NCBI GenBank assembly: GCA_963709585.1
Contig: CAVPXI010000015.1
Location: 1-64,000 of the forward strand
From: Candidatus Dormiibacterota bacterium
GTDB taxonomy: Bacteria > Chloroflexota > Dormibacteria > Aeolococcales > Aeolococcaceae
DNA: 64,000 nt
Direction of reading: 5' to 3'
Positions 9,422 through 19,800 of this stretch are shown in pieces. Within the stretch, counting starts at the first letter, position 1, and every line of letters begins with the position of its first letter. The notes beneath the pieces were generated by a model that saw only the letters and a program-made list of their open reading frames with translations, searched no databases and was not told the origin of the DNA. Made by a program: the position numbers and the translations under genes.

Positions 9422-10672
9422 GTGCCGAGTTCCATCGCCGAGACCTTGGCGGTCCTGCTCCTCGTTGCGACGCTGGGCTGCGCCATCGTCCGGCCCCACG
9501 GATTGCCGGAGGCAGTTGTCGCGGTCCCGGCCGCCGGTCTGCTGCTCGTGCTCGGCGTGCTCCCACTGGGTCAGGCCGGCACCGAGGCGGGAGATCTGGG
9601 TCCGACCATCGGTTTCCTCGCCGCAGTGCTCGTCCTCGCCAACCTCTGTGATCGCTACGGGCTGTTCAAGGCGGCAGGCTGGTGGATGGCAGCCGGGTCG
9701 CGGGGCAGACCGGTCTCACTCCTCGCTCTTGTCTTCGCCGCAGCGAGCGTTGTCACCGCGGTGCTCAGCCTCGACGCGACGGTCGTCCTGCTGACGCCCG
9801 TGGTGTTCGCAACGGTTGCGCGGCTGCGCCTCCGAGCCAAACCGCACGTCTATGCGTGCACGCACCTCGCCAACTCCGCGTCGCTCCTGCTTCCGGTGTC
9901 GAACCTCACCAACCTGCTCGCCTTCGGCGCGAGCGGCCTTTCGTTCGCGCGCTTCGGCGCGATCATGGCCCTCCCCTGGCTGGCGGCAATCGGGGTCGAA
10001 TGGCTCGTGCTGCGACGCTTCTTCGCGGGCGACCTCGTCGGCCGCGGCGAGTCGCACGCCGTGGCCGCGCTGCCGGTGCCGGTGTTCGCGACAACAGTGG
10101 TGGCATTTACTCTGATCAGCTTCTTCGTCACGTCGGCCTTCAATGTCAGCCCCGCATTCGCGGCACTCGGTGGCGCGCTCGTCCTCGCCGTGCCGGCGGT
10201 TGGGCGCGGCCTGACCACCGTCCGCGATATCGCGTTGTCGATCGACGTTCCCTTCCTGGCCTTTGTGCTGGCACTTGGCCTCGTGGTCAAGGCGATCTCG
10301 CTGCACGGGCTCGGCTCGGTGGTGACCCATCTGGTGCCGGGTGGCACCGGGCTCGGCTCGCTGCTGGTCATCGCGGTCGTCGCAGCCGTTCTCGCCAACG
10401 TCATCAACAACCTGCCGGCGGCGCTGCTCCTGCTTCCCGCGGTGGCCGGGGCGGGAGCCGGACCGGTCCTGGCGGTCCTCATCGGCGTCAACACCGGACC
10501 CAACCTCACGTATGTCGGATCGCTCGCCACGCTGCTCTGGCGGCGCGTCCTTGTCCGCCACGGCCAGGAGTTGCCGATCGCCGAATTCCTCCGGCTTGGG
10601 GCCCTCACTGTGCCGCCGGTGCTGATCACGGCCACCGTCGCCCTGTGGATTTCGTTGCGGTTGGTGGGTTAA
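9422..10672 (+). CDS. ArsB/NhaD-family (IT superfamily) transporter
   Basis: LSLDATVVLLTP, ANSASLLLPVSNLTNL, NNLPA, GPNLTYVGSLATLLW; ~12 TM. Confidence 0.88.
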   Translation: MPSSIAETLAVLLLVATLGCAIVRPHGLPEAVVAVPAAGLLLVLGVLPLGQAGTEAGDLGPTIGFLAAVLVLANLCDRYGLFKAAGWWMAAGSRGRPVSLLALVFAAASVVTAVLSLDATVVLLTPVVFATVARLRLRAKPHVYACTHLANSASLLLPVSNLTNLLAFGASGLSFARFGAIMALPWLAAIGVEWLVLRRFFAGDLVGRGESHAVAALPVPVFATTVVAFTLISFFVTSAFNVSPAFAALGGALVLAVPAVGRGLTTVRDIALSIDVPFLAFVLALGLVVKAISLHGLGSVVTHLVPGGTGLGSLLVIAVVAAVLANVINNLPAALLLLPAVAGAGAGPVLAVLIGVNTGPNLTYVGSLATLLWRRVLVRHGQELPIAEFLRLGALTVPPVLITATVALWISLRLVG

Positions 10673-11214
10673 TGACTTCCGTGCGAATCGTCGTCTGGGT
10701 TGTCGAGGGAACCTGGGAGGGCTGCGTCGACGCTGCCGCACAGCACTTTCCCTCCGATTCGCGATTCGTGCTCCTGCACGTCACACCCTCGGACGTCACC
10801 GAAGCCGCTGACGCAGCGACCGTCGGCCTCTTCGGGCGCGGCTTCCCCGGGCGCAGACCCGCCCGCAGCTACGACACCGTCGCCGACGACGAGGCGTCGC
10901 AGCTGCTTGCCGCCGCCGCTGTTCGTCTCGGTCATACCGATGTCGAGCTGCTCAGCCGTCGTGGGCGCGTCGAGCGTGAGGTCGTGCGCGCGGTCGCCGA
11001 AGGAGTCGATGTCCTCGTGGTGGCGCGGGACGGCGATCACTCACGTCTCGGGCCGAAGAGCCTGGGACACGCCACGCGATTCATCGTCGACCATGCGCCT
11101 TGCGCGGTGCTCCTGGTCTGGCCGGACGAGACGCCCGGCATCGACTCGATACCCCCTCCGAAGCACGGGCCACCGCCACCCCACGGCCCGCGTCCACCCC
11201 ACCGGCGCGACTAG
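10672..11214 (+). CDS. Universal stress protein (UspA domain)
   Basis: ATG overlaps upstream stop; SLGHATRFIVDHAPCAVLLV. Confidence 0.85.
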   Translation: MTSVRIVVWVVEGTWEGCVDAAAQHFPSDSRFVLLHVTPSDVTEAADAATVGLFGRGFPGRRPARSYDTVADDEASQLLAAAAVRLGHTDVELLSRRGRVEREVVRAVAEGVDVLVVARDGDHSRLGPKSLGHATRFIVDHAPCAVLLVWPDETPGIDSIPPPKHGPPPPHGPRPPHRRD

Positions 11215-12605
11215 CGCCGCGCGTCCATGACAGCGCGAACCCACGCCTGAGCACCGATCTGCATGGCGTCCCAGGGGCTACCGAGGGGCGGTGTGTAGGA
11301 CATATCGAGCTCGCTGAACGCCTCGACGGTCATGTCGTTGAAGATCGCCGCCGCGGCGATGTCGATGCGTTTCGCCACCTCCGCGTGACGGTGGCCGAAG
11401 AGCTGCACGCCGAGGAGGCGGCCGGTCTGCCGATCGCCTGTCCAGCGCATCGCGATCCGGTGCGAGCCGGGGTAGTACGCCTTGTGGTCGTCGGCTTCCG
11501 CGGCGACCGTGACCGGGTCGAACCCGGCGCTCGACGCCTCATGGTCGCGTAGCCCGGTGCGCGCGGCGGCCATGTCGAAGACCTTGACCACCTGCGTTCC
11601 AAGACTTCCGGCAAATTCGCGACGACCACCGACCGCGTTCTCGCCGGCGACGCGTCCCTGCTTATGAGCGGTCGTTCCCAGCGGGATGTACGTAGTGCCG
11701 AGCAGGCGATGGTGAGTCACCACGCAGTCGCCTGCCGCGAAAACGTCGGGCAGGTTGGTACGCATCGCCCGGTCGACGTCGATCGCCCCTCGCAGGCCGA
11801 GTCTGGCGCCGGCAGCGGCGGCCAGGCGGACGTCCGGACGGACACCCGCGAAGATGAGGACGACGTCAGCGTCCCGCCGGAAGACCACTCCGTCGCCCGA
11901 CGCGCCTTCCACGCACAGTGCCGGCCTCCGAGGCGGTTGGTTGCGCTCGACGCGATGCACGGCGGTCCCGGTCACAACATCGACGCCGTGAGTCCGTAGC
12001 TCTGCTGCGATGTGGTGTCCCAGCTCGGGATCGACCGTCGGCAGCACCTGGGGAAGCTGCTCGACCTGGGTCACCTCGAGGCCGCGAAGCGTCAGGGCGT
12101 CAGCCATCTCGAGCCCGAGGTATCCGGCGCCGATGATCACCGCGGTGTGGGCGTCCGCGGCGGTGAGACTGTCCATGACCGCAAAGGTGTCGCCCATTGA
12201 ATGGACCACGTGAACGCCGTCTCGGGGCCCCAGACGCTCGAGACCGTCGATCGGCGGGCGCACCGGGACCGCGCCGGTGCCGATCACCAGCGCGTCGTAT
12301 TCGAGAGCGCTGGTGGCACCGTTCGCGTCGCGCACGTGCACCTGGTGTGCGTCGACGTCGATCCGTTCCGCGGTCGTGCCCAGTTCGAGGCGCATGCCTG
12401 TCGCTTCGAGGTCGGCCGCGGTGCGGTGCGCCAGGTTGCGCCAATCCGGTACCTCACCGGACACGTAGTACGGGATGCCGCAGATCGAGAAGTTCGGGTA
12501 TTGGTCGGCGACAAGGACGCACACGTCGGCACCGGCGTCGAGCTCTCTGGCTCGCAGGGCTGCGGAGATCCCCGCATCGCTGCCGCCGACGGCCACGATG
12601 CGCAT
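11211..12605 (-). CDS. FAD-dependent oxidoreductase, CoA-disulfide reductase/NADH peroxidase family
   Basis: GGSDAG, NFSICGIPY (redox Cys), GAGYLG, AAGDC, SYTPPLG. Confidence 0.9.
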   Translation of the reverse strand: MRIVAVGGSDAGISAALRARELDAGADVCVLVADQYPNFSICGIPYYVSGEVPDWRNLAHRTAADLEATGMRLELGTTAERIDVDAHQVHVRDANGATSALEYDALVIGTGAVPVRPPIDGLERLGPRDGVHVVHSMGDTFAVMDSLTAADAHTAVIIGAGYLGLEMADALTLRGLEVTQVEQLPQVLPTVDPELGHHIAAELRTHGVDVVTGTAVHRVERNQPPRRPALCVEGASGDGVVFRRDADVVLIFAGVRPDVRLAAAAGARLGLRGAIDVDRAMRTNLPDVFAAGDCVVTHHRLLGTTYIPLGTTAHKQGRVAGENAVGGRREFAGSLGTQVVKVFDMAAARTGLRDHEASSAGFDPVTVAAEADDHKAYYPGSHRIAMRWTGDRQTGRLLGVQLFGHRHAEVAKRIDIAAAAIFNDMTVEAFSELDMSYTPPLGSPWDAMQIGAQAWVRAVMDARR

Positions 12606-12611
12606 CGCGGC

Positions 12612-13022
12612 TTAGGCTGCGCCGCAGCAGCCGTCCGCGTCGGGCGCCTGATCGCTCAACGGGGCATCGGCCAGCACCGTGTACACCTCCCAGCGGGTAT
12701 CCGCTCCGGCGACCCAGACCTTGTCCTGCAGAGCATGGCAGCAGGTGACCCCGTCCTCGACCTCGGTTGGCAGTCCCTCGGCGGCAAGGCGACGAGTTGC
12801 GGTCACCACCTCGTCGGTCGTGCTCACCTCGACGCCGAGGTGGTTGAGCGTCCCGGCCTGTGCCGGGTTCTCGAACAGGACCAGCTTCAGCGGCGGGTCG
12901 GCAACCGCGAAGTTGGCGTAGCCAGGGCGCCGCTTGGCGGGCTCGGTCTGAAAGAGCTTCGAATAGAACCCGATCGCTTCATCGAGATCGGTGACATTCA
13001 GTGCGAGTTGCACCCGTCCCAT
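12612..13022 (-). CDS. arsI: ArsI/CadI-family VOC metalloenzyme (C-As lyase-like)
   Basis: RVQLALNV, RPGYANF, LNHLGVEV, TCCHALQDKVW, WEVY; C-terminal CC. Confidence 0.88.
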   Translation of the reverse strand: MGRVQLALNVTDLDEAIGFYSKLFQTEPAKRRPGYANFAVADPPLKLVLFENPAQAGTLNHLGVEVSTTDEVVTATRRLAAEGLPTEVEDGVTCCHALQDKVWVAGADTRWEVYTVLADAPLSDQAPDADGCCGAA

Positions 13023-13023
13023 C

Positions 13024-13080
13024 TCAGCAGCAACCACAGTCGCACGTGCCGTCACAGTCGCAGCCGCAATCACAGTCCAT
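13024..13080 (-). CDS. 18-aa Cys-rich peptide MDCDCGCDCDGTCDCGCC (metallothionein/phytochelatin-like)
   Basis: AGGAGG RBS 10 nt before ATG; 8 Cys; TGA one base before the arsI ATG. Confidence 0.75.
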   Translation of the reverse strand: MDCDCGCDCDGTCDCGCC

Positions 13081-13096
13081 GGTGACCAGACCTCCT

Positions 13097-13155
13097 ATCG
13101 ATGACCGTCGATGAATGGTCCCGATCCTAGCGCGTTCCATCGAAGGCTGTCAATG
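13097..13155. promoter_or_regulatory. Two ArsR-type operator boxes in the divergent promoter
   Basis: ATCGA-n6-TCGAT (13097-13112) and ATCGA-n6-TCAAT (13139-13154). Confidence 0.65.
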
Positions 13156-13169
13156 GGTAGACTAAGACG

Positions 13170-13679
13170 ATGCACACTGGATCCAGGACGGTCGCGACCG
13201 ACATCGAGGTTCGACCCTTTCGCGACGAGGACTGGCCGGCGGTTCGCACCATCTACGCCGAGGGGATCGCAACCGGCAATGCCACGTTCGAGACCGAGGT
13301 GCCGGCCTTCGACCGCTGGGCCGCCGCGCATCCGCCCCAATACCGCTTCGTGGCCATCCTCGGCGGCGACATCGTCGGCTGGGTGGCCGCCGCTCCCGTC
13401 TCGGATCGCTGTGCGTATGCGGGTGTCCTGGAGCACAGCGTCTACGTGGACGCCCGCACTCGGGGTCAGGGGATCGGCCGCAGGCTGCTCGAAGCCCTCA
13501 TTGAGGGTGCCGACAGCAGTGGCGTCTGGACGATCCAGAGCGGGATCTTCCCCGAGAATCAGGCCAGCGTGAAGCTCCATCAGCGCTGCGGGTTTCGCGT
13601 CGTCGGTACCCGCGAGCGGCTTGGGCAGCTTCACGGCACCTGGCGAGACGTTCTCTTGATGGAGCGGCGCAAGCCATGA
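13170..13679 (+). CDS. GNAT acetyltransferase, phosphinothricin/ArsN1-like
   Basis: IYAEGIATGNATFE, RCAYAGVLEHSVYV, IFPENQAS, WRDVLLMERR. Confidence 0.88.
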   Translation: MHTGSRTVATDIEVRPFRDEDWPAVRTIYAEGIATGNATFETEVPAFDRWAAAHPPQYRFVAILGGDIVGWVAAAPVSDRCAYAGVLEHSVYVDARTRGQGIGRRLLEALIEGADSSGVWTIQSGIFPENQASVKLHQRCGFRVVGTRERLGQLHGTWRDVLLMERRKP

Positions 13680-14038
13680 CTGCCACAGCGTCTGCGACCA
13701 AAACCGCCCTGGCACCCCTGCGCGTGAAGGGGTGCTGCCAGCCGGTGGCTCCTCCCCTCCCCGACGGGCGGGCTGACGAGCTCTCGGCGCTGTACAAGGC
13801 GCTCGGCGATCCAACCCGAATCCAGATACTCCACATCCTCGCGACCGCAAGCGAGCCCGTCTGCGTCTGCGACTTCACCGCCGCGTTTGAACTGGGCCAG
13901 CCGACCATCAGCCACCACCTCGCCACGCTTCGCGAGGCTGGGATCGTGACGAGCTTCAAGCGCGGCATCTGGGCGTTCTACCGTCTCAATCCCGCGATGT
14001 CTGACTCGGCGCGCGCCGCAGTGTCGCTGGTCAGTTAG
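13676..14038 (+). CDS. arsR: ArsR/SmtB-family metalloregulator
   Basis: N-terminal CC, KALGDPTR, VCVCDF, QPTISHHL. Confidence 0.9.
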   Translation: MTATASATKTALAPLRVKGCCQPVAPPLPDGRADELSALYKALGDPTRIQILHILATASEPVCVCDFTAAFELGQPTISHHLATLREAGIVTSFKRGIWAFYRLNPAMSDSARAAVSLVS

Positions 14039-14100
14039 CACTTCGACCCGACGCCGCATCGACACCGCGCCCTTAACCAGCGCGCTGGTAGGGTGAGGAC

Positions 14101-14841
14101 GTGGTCTCCCAGCAATCCAGCACGCTGACGGTCGACGGGCTCGTCAATCTCCGTGACCTCGGCGGGCTGCCAACGGAATCTGGGGCGACCACGCTGCCGG
14201 GCCGGCTGCTGCGCAGCGAATCGCCGCACACCCTCAGTGACTCGGGGCTGCGAGCGCTCCTCGATCTTGGTATCGGCGCGGTTGTCGACCTGCGTACGGC
14301 GTCGGAACGGGAGCACCGGCCGAGCCCGCTCGTCGACGCCGGCGTGCACACGTTGCACGCGCCCATCTTCACCGACGACGAGGACTATCCCGACCACCTC
14401 ACCACCGCCGCCGAGGTCTATTGCTGGTGGCTCCGCGAGCGCCGGACCGGCGTCGCCGCAGCGATGACTGCGATCGCCGACGCTCCATCGGCGCCGATCC
14501 TGGTGCACTGTCACGCCGGCAAGGATCGGACCGGGGTGATCATCGCGCTGGTGCTGCGCCTCGCCGGGGTCAGCGTCGACGCCATCGCCGACGACTACGC
14601 GATCAGCGGCGTGCAACTTGCCGAGATGCTTGCCCGCGACCGTATCAGCGCGCGGGAACGCGGGATGGACGAGGTGCGCGCCGAGCGGATCTTCACGGTG
14701 CGCCGCGAGGCGATGGTGCACACCATGGACTGCGTCAACTCGGAGCACGGCGGTGCCGTGTCGCTGCTGCGCGCCGCAGGCCTTGACGACGTGCGAGTCG
14801 AGCGGCTGTCGAACCTTCTGCTCAGCTCGGTCTGGCCGTAG
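14101..14841 (+). CDS. Protein-tyrosine phosphatase family protein (IphP/PtpB-like)
   Basis: NLRDLGG, DLR, HCHAGKDRTG P-loop, DY. Confidence 0.9.
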   Translation: MVSQQSSTLTVDGLVNLRDLGGLPTESGATTLPGRLLRSESPHTLSDSGLRALLDLGIGAVVDLRTASEREHRPSPLVDAGVHTLHAPIFTDDEDYPDHLTTAAEVYCWWLRERRTGVAAAMTAIADAPSAPILVHCHAGKDRTGVIIALVLRLAGVSVDAIADDYAISGVQLAEMLARDRISARERGMDEVRAERIFTVRREAMVHTMDCVNSEHGGAVSLLRAAGLDDVRVERLSNLLLSSVWP

Positions 14842-14852
14842 CGCGCCGCGCG

Positions 14853-15287
14853 TCAGCTCGACGCGGCCGGGATGAACCCAGGGCACGCTCGCGCCGGAAA
14901 ACCCGGCATCTGCCAGGCGCTGCCGAGGTCGATCTCTGCGTGGAACCCGGATGTCACCGAGATCTGGGCGTTCGCGATCCGGTCGCCGGTGCATCCTTCA
15001 GCGGACACCGCGTAGCGCCCGGCGGGAAGCACGATCTTCAGCGTGGTGGCGGGTCCCCGCCAGTCGTCGTGGCCGGCGGCGCTGCCATCCGACGCATGCG
15101 TCAGAAACACCCGGCAGCCCTCGGCGCCGGTGGGGCACGACGGGACTGTGACCGCCACCCCAGTCCAACCCGACGTGCCCGGTCGCGGCCACACCGCGAT
15201 TACTAGGACGACGGCAGCCGCAAGGATGCACACCGCGAGGGCAGCGCCAAAGCGCGTGCGGACGAGCCCGGCCGGCCCGTGGATCAC
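14853..15287 (-). CDS. Hypothetical membrane-anchored protein with 4 extracellular Cys
   Basis: N-terminal TM helix; co-oriented downstream of the L,D-transpeptidase. Confidence 0.55.
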   Translation of the reverse strand: MIHGPAGLVRTRFGAALAVCILAAAVVLVIAVWPRPGTSGWTGVAVTVPSCPTGAEGCRVFLTHASDGSAAGHDDWRGPATTLKIVLPAGRYAVSAEGCTGDRIANAQISVTSGFHAEIDLGSAWQMPGFPARACPGFIPAASS

Positions 15288-15309
15288 GAAACCCGAGTAT
15301 GGCGCCGCG

Positions 15310-16680
15310 TCACTGCGTGATGATCACCGGCGTACCGAGCGGCGTCCACTGATAGGCCCACCGCATCACCGGCGTCGGGATATGGACGCATCCATGGCTC
15401 GCGACGTAGCTGTTCTCGCTCCCGGGGCCGAACATCGATGACGGCTCCCACGATGCATCGTGGAGGAAGTACCCGCCGACATCGAATTCCATCACCCAGG
15501 TCACCGTCCCCGTCGGATACCAGAACGGAGACCCGTGGGGCCACGGCGACACCATCGTGAACGGCGATGTCTTGTAGAAAACGTGAAAGGTACCCGTCGG
15601 CGTGCGCAGGAAGGGACGGCCGGTCGTGATCGGCGTGGCCCGGACGACGCAACCGTTGTCATAGAAAACGGCTTCCTGGAGGGTCAGGTTCAGCGTGATC
15701 GCCTTGCCCGAGGGCACAGCGTGCCCGCACTGATCGGCGCTGAGCACGGCCGCGACCGCGGTCTGCAATCCGACGATCTGCACGGCGATGGTATTCAGCT
15801 GTGTTGTGTCTCGTGCAGCGCGGAACCCCACCGCGATGCTGTTGTACCGCGCCAGGAAGCTGGCCGCATTGGGAGTCCGCTCGGCGGCCGCCTGGTCGAC
15901 GCTGTACATCAGCGGAGGAAGGCCGGCCCCGACGTTGTGATTGAGGCCGAGCAGTGCGTGCAGCCCCTGCACCGCCGAAATCAGCGTGCGAACGGTAGTC
16001 GTCGCGTCGGCATGCGTGGACACTTCTGTTCGCAGCGTCGTGATCAGCGCCGGAACCTGACCCGGGTCCAGCTTCTCGCGATGCGCCTTGGTCACCGCTG
16101 AGTTAGCCTGAGAGATCAGGCCGTTCACCCCTCCGTAGGTGCCCACCTCCGCGTTGAGCTGGCTCATGAGCGCGGCGTCTCGTGCAACGGTGATCTCGCC
16201 CGTCCACAGGCTGACCAGCCGCTCGACGGCCACCGGCGTCGCGGCGCCGGCGAGCTCCTGGCTCCACTCAGCCTGGGCGCCGACCGCAGCGGTGGGGACG
16301 TACGGCGACAGTTGCGCCGCCATCTGCTCCCAGTTGGTGAAGACGCCTGCCGCTCGACCACGTGCGGTGTCCAGCGCCGCCGTCCAGTCACGCGCGGTTT
16401 TCGTCCCCAGGCTGTCGAGAAGGCTCTGGCCGGTGCCGAACCACCAGAGCGGGGACCAGGCGGGGGTTTTCGAATACTCCGAGGCGGCGAGCTGGCTCCG
16501 GAGCGGCTCGAGCCCGGCCTCCGGCTCGCCATTCGCGGTGTCAGCGCGCCATCGCTGTTCCAGGGCAGCAGCCTGACGCGCGAACGACGCCTGGCGTCCG
16601 CCGGCAACCGCGGTCACCGCAAGACCCGAGGCGATCAGCCCGATGCCGAGCCCCGCCGCAACGATCGGGAGTGCGCGCAT
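15310..16680 (-). CDS. L,D-transpeptidase with long helical N-terminus
   Basis: TTG..TPTG, FLHDA...SHGCV YkuD motif; signal anchor. Confidence 0.9.
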   Translation of the reverse strand: MRALPIVAAGLGIGLIASGLAVTAVAGGRQASFARQAAALEQRWRADTANGEPEAGLEPLRSQLAASEYSKTPAWSPLWWFGTGQSLLDSLGTKTARDWTAALDTARGRAAGVFTNWEQMAAQLSPYVPTAAVGAQAEWSQELAGAATPVAVERLVSLWTGEITVARDAALMSQLNAEVGTYGGVNGLISQANSAVTKAHREKLDPGQVPALITTLRTEVSTHADATTTVRTLISAVQGLHALLGLNHNVGAGLPPLMYSVDQAAAERTPNAASFLARYNSIAVGFRAARDTTQLNTIAVQIVGLQTAVAAVLSADQCGHAVPSGKAITLNLTLQEAVFYDNGCVVRATPITTGRPFLRTPTGTFHVFYKTSPFTMVSPWPHGSPFWYPTGTVTWVMEFDVGGYFLHDASWEPSSMFGPGSENSYVASHGCVHIPTPVMRWAYQWTPLGTPVIITQ

Positions 16681-16784
16681 CTGTGCGCCATGCTACCCGA
16701 CCCCCCACGCTCAACGAGGCGTCGGTCACGCTCCGGATCTGGAACCGTTACATGAAGTCGCGGTGGCTGGGCTCGAGCCGGCGG

Positions 16785-16809
16785 GTCTTCAGCGCATACC
16801 GCTGAAGAC
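16785..16809. terminator. Hairpin downstream of the PQQ-propeller gene
   Basis: GTCTTCAGCG-catac-CGCTGAAGAC, 10-bp stem. Confidence 0.5.
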
Positions 16810-16829
16810 GCTTCACAAGCAGCGCTCGG

Positions 16830-19800
16830 CTACTGGAACCAGCCGGCGACGTCGAGGGCCGCATCGATGGTGCCCGCCGCGTTGAACAGCGCGACGTTGC
16901 CGTTGTCCGCCCCCGTGGTCGCAATGCCGACGATCGCGAGGTTGGCGATCACCTCACCCGCGCTCGGGTTGAGGTCGGACGCGGTGGGCTTCGACGCATC
17001 GCTCGGATACAGCGTGAAATACGTAGCCGCCGAGCCTGCGATACCGGTGAGGTTCGCGACCACGGCGACCGGCTGCGCCGAGCCGCCCTCGGCCGGCACC
17101 ACCAGGACGCCCGCCACACCGACCTGCTGGATATCGCTCGACGTGAGCGTGTCACCGTCGCATTCGGTACCGAAACCCGACCGCGTGTCGCAGATCCGCG
17201 TGGGCTGCACCGAGTAGAAATGCGCACCCGCCGGTGCACTCGCCGTCCCGAACCAGCCGTTGACGTCGATGATGAAGTTGATGCTCCCCGCCGCCGAGTA
17301 GAGGCATATGTCCTGGTTCGGCCCGAGGCTCGAGATCACGCGATTGGGCAGGCTGATCCCCGGCGTCGGGTTCAGGTTCGAGAAGCTGGGTGCCGTGCTC
17401 GGGCAGGCATCGCTCCCGTTCGGCACCGCCACCGAGAGATACGTGCGCGCCGTTCCGGCGGTCGCGGTGAGATTGAACACCGCCGCCGCCGCGGTCCCGT
17501 TGGTGGGGATATCCGGCGTGGTTGGCGAGACGCCGCCCGGGAGGCCGGAGAGGACGACACGACGCCAAGCGCCACCCGCCAGCGGCGCGCTGGTCGATCC
17601 GGTGGCCTCCGCGCAGACCCACGGGTTGCCGGTGCCCCCTCGGAAGTCACAGATCCGCAGCGGCGGAATGCTGTGGAACCCACCCGCCGACGCTCCGGTG
17701 GGCGCGGCGAAGTAGCCCTCGACGTCGACGATCACGTCCGCGCCGCCCACGGCGTTGAACAGGCTGATCGCACCACCGCCGCTCAGCTGCACGATCGCCA
17801 GGTTGGCCTCGACGCTGCCACCGGCGAGGTTGATGTTCGAGGCCCGCGGCACCGATCCGCCTGCCGGGTATGCGGTCACGTACGTTGGGCTTCCACCGCG
17901 GTTGATCGCCGTGATGTTCGCCACCACGGCAAGCGCTCCGGAGGGAACATGCGCGCCGGTGATCTGTGCCGTGATGGTTTCATGGCCGGGCCCGAGGGTT
18001 CCGTTTCCGCTGCTGTCGCACTGATTGGTGGCGATCCCCGGCGCGGGCGGTCGGGTGTCGCAGATGCGGACCGGGTTGATTGCCGTGTACGCACCCGGCG
18101 CCACGAATGTGTACTCATCCGCGGCACTCGCAGGACTGGTGCCGCCCGGCGTCACCACGTTGATATCGACTGTTCCCGCGCCGACAGTGGTGGGCGTGTA
18201 GACATGGATCTGCGTGGGGCTGGTGACCGTGAAGCACCCGGCGCTCGAGCCTGAGCAGGGATACGTGTTGCTCGAGGGGATATCGGTCAGATTGAACATG
18301 ACGTCGGACGCGGTGAAGCCGGTTCCGGCGAACGCGTTGCCCGTGACGGTAACCAGTGCGCTGCCACCGACGGCTCCATGGTTCGGCGTGACCGCGGTGA
18401 CGACCGGCGATGGGAATGCGCTGCCGGATCCGAAGGCGTAGAGATTGCCGTTGCCCCCATCGGAAATGAAAAATTGGCCCGTCGAGACCGCTGCTGACGC
18501 GAAGATCAGGCCACCGGTCGCGTACGTGAACTCGGTCGCGCCGGTTTGCAGATTGAACACGTAAACGTTGCCGGCGTAGTCACCGACGACAATCACCTGG
18601 TCGCCAGGCGGGCCGGACACCGCTGGCGAGGAGATCACCCCCGCAGTCGCCGCCGTCGTGCCTGGATGTGCTCCAGTGGTCCAGTTGGGGTTGACCGCAC
18701 CCGTTGCCGCGTTCAACGAGAAAACACCGGTGCCGTAACCGGCGTAGATGTAGCCACCCACAAGAGCTGCGCCGGACTGGGCGGGGTTGCCGGCGCCGCT
18801 GCTGAACGACCTGATGTAGAAGTTCCAGATCTGTGCTCCGGTCTTCAGATCGAGCGCATAGGTGTAGGCATCCTTGCCGGTGTCGTAGACGACGCCGTCC
18901 ACGAACGTCGGCGACCCGGCTGCGCCGATAAGGCCTGGGGCGGCGATAGTCGGGGGTGCCCCCACGTCCAAGTCGGTGCCGACCACCGTCTGGAACCGCC
19001 ACAGCGCCGCGCCAGTCTTGGCGTCGAGTTCATAGATGGCATCGTCAGGGTCCGTCGAGCCGATAACGATGACGGGCAGGCCACTCGCAAGTGTTGTGTA
19101 GGCTGGGCTCGAGTACACGCCCGACACACCGGTCTGACTGCCCGACGGGCTGCCGAAGGCGTCGTACATCCACTTCGTGGCGCACGCGGTCCCGGCAGTG
19201 TTGCCGACGCCATACATCGCCCACATATGGCCGCCGTCGCTGAGAGTGCCACTCGGACCGCTGTCGCCGAAGTACACGACGTCGCCGTGCCCATCGGGAT
19301 TTCCGACCACCGCCGACGCGGCGATGACGCCGCCCACGGATACGGATTCGCAGATGAGCGCGCCCGTCGTTGCATTGAGTGCGTACTCGTGATAGTCACC
19401 ATCACCGAAGTAGACCGTGTTGTTCGACACCGTCGGCGACGGTTCGATCTCTTTGGAAAGGCCGGCGATCTTGACGGTCTGGTATTGCCATACGAGGGCG
19501 CCCGTTGTCGCGTTGAAGGCATCCATGTCGCCGGACTGGTTGCCGACATACACGAGCGATATCCCGAGTGTGGGATTGAAGACGACTGACGGCGAGCTGT
19601 AGGCAATCGTGCCACCGGTGTTGGCCGACCAGTGGAGTCTGTAGGAGGTCGAGGCGCTTAGCAACGTCTCCGTTGAGACGCTTGTGTGGTTTGGGTCGTG
19701 CATATGCTCCGGCCAGTCCTGGAATCCGGGCGGGATCGTGTGCACGGCCGGCGCCTTGGCCGAAGCGGCGGCACCGGATGACACCGCGGCAGCGGCGACC

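Noticed and set aside
12612-13073. ORF-track N-terminal extension of ArsI (MIAAATVTARATVVAAE)
   Set aside because: The RBS is spaced for the ATG at 13080 in another frame (the Cys peptide); ArsI homology begins at 13022
16748-16816. 22-aa minus-strand ORF MKRLQRYALKTRRLEPSHRDFM
   Set aside because: No RBS, and it coincides with a terminator-like hairpin
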